Virus record (IMG/VR): IMGVR_UViG_3300023202_000336
Span: 64,001 to 128,000 of that record
From: a virus
DNA length: 64,000 nucleotides
Direction: 5' to 3' (one strand)
In this document: positions 63,489 through 64,000 of the stretch, piece by piece
Numbering within the stretch: position 1 is the first letter of the stretch
How the letters are laid out: each line of letters opens with the position of its first letter
Notes under the pieces: model-generated
Databases searched by the model: none
Told to the model about the DNA's origin: nothing
What the model saw: the letters and a program-made list of their open reading frames with translations, nothing else
Position numbers and translations under genes: made by a program

Positions 63489-64000
63489 ATGCCCAGAATC
63501 ACTTTCATCAACGACGACGGCGCCGGATTCGGATCCCCGCGCGAGGTCCCCTACGGCACCACCATGGCCGGTCTCTTCCGCGAGATCTGGCCGACGGGTA
63601 ATCCGGAGCACTTCCGGTTTACTCTCAACGGTCGCTCCGCTACCGGTGACGATCGTCTCTCGGATGGCGATCGTGTCGCCATGATCGCCGCTACCGACGA
63701 GGCGCGTTACCCGGGTTACGGCCAGCGCCTCGGCGGTACCGTCGGTGGTTATGGTGCGGTCGACCGCGATGGTGGCGACCGCGTCGCTTTCATCGCTCCG
63801 CACGGCACCGGTTTCGCCGATTGGTACTACATCCGTCCTGGTACCACTCTCGAGCAGTTCGTTTATGAGCGTCTCGGTCGTCATTTCGACGTTCGCAATC
63901 ACGTCATCAGCGTCGATGGCGTTCAGGGTCCCCCGGCCTCGCAGGTTCTCCGGGCGAACAACCATATCTCGGTCACTCCGCGCAACATCAAGGCTGCGTC
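63489..64000 (+). CDS. Tandem ubiquitin-like domain protein (runs off window; missing from the ORF track)
   Basis: Hand translation: MPRITFINDDGAGFGSPREVPYGTT..TLNGRSATGDDRLSDGDRVAM.. / ..VAFIAPHGTGFADWYYIRPGTT..LRANNHISVTPRNIKAA. Confidence 0.75.
   Translation, partial: MPRITFINDDGAGFGSPREVPYGTTMAGLFREIWPTGNPEHFRFTLNGRSATGDDRLSDGDRVAMIAATDEARYPGYGQRLGGTVGGYGAVDRDGGDRVAFIAPHGTGFADWYYIRPGTTLEQFVYERLGRHFDVRNHVISVDGVQGPPASQVLRANNHISVTPRNIKAA

Larger units (their letters stand above)
1..64000. mobile_element. Fragment of a large dsDNA tailed phage (contractile tail); no host housekeeping genes or integrase seen
   Basis: Capsid, sheath, tube, baseplate, terminase, sigma factor and SbcCD-like genes, tightly packed with ATGA/TGATG overlaps. 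Confidence 0.93.

Noticed and set aside
1-64000. Genome-wide TAG recoding (as in some large phages)
   Set aside because: Standard code gives dense, unfragmented ORFs, and many TAG stops are followed closely by the next gene; only one suspicious TAG (9235).

Overview
The window is a 64-kb piece of a large tailed-phage genome with a contractile (myovirus-type) tail, read with standard code 11. 1-31961 (+) is the virion module: scaffold-like protein, capsid, neck, sheath, tube and baseplate, with two endonuclease-like insertions, an O-GlcNAc/SPINDLY-type glycosyltransferase and a sigma factor embedded in it. 32-39.7 kb holds a zinc-finger primase-like gene and three glycosyltransferases. 39.8-64 kb is accessory and DNA-metabolism territory. 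Four things stand out. (1) A Cas12m (type V-M/V-U1)-like effector that appears to keep a full D-E-D RuvC triad, next to a 9-repeat array with mixed 18-20 nt and 33-35 nt spacers and no cas1/cas2 in the window. (2) Four further solitary variant copies of that repeat, scattered over 12 kb at gene boundaries, including the effector's own leader. (3) A complete E2-JAB-E1-Ubl ubiquitin-like conjugation cassette wedged between sbcD (Mre11) and sbcC (Rad50), followed by a tandem-Ubl gene. (4) A ~600-650 nt densely hairpinned non-coding region that looks like a large structured RNA. Product calls come from motifs read by eye and remembered family patterns. No database search or folding program was run.
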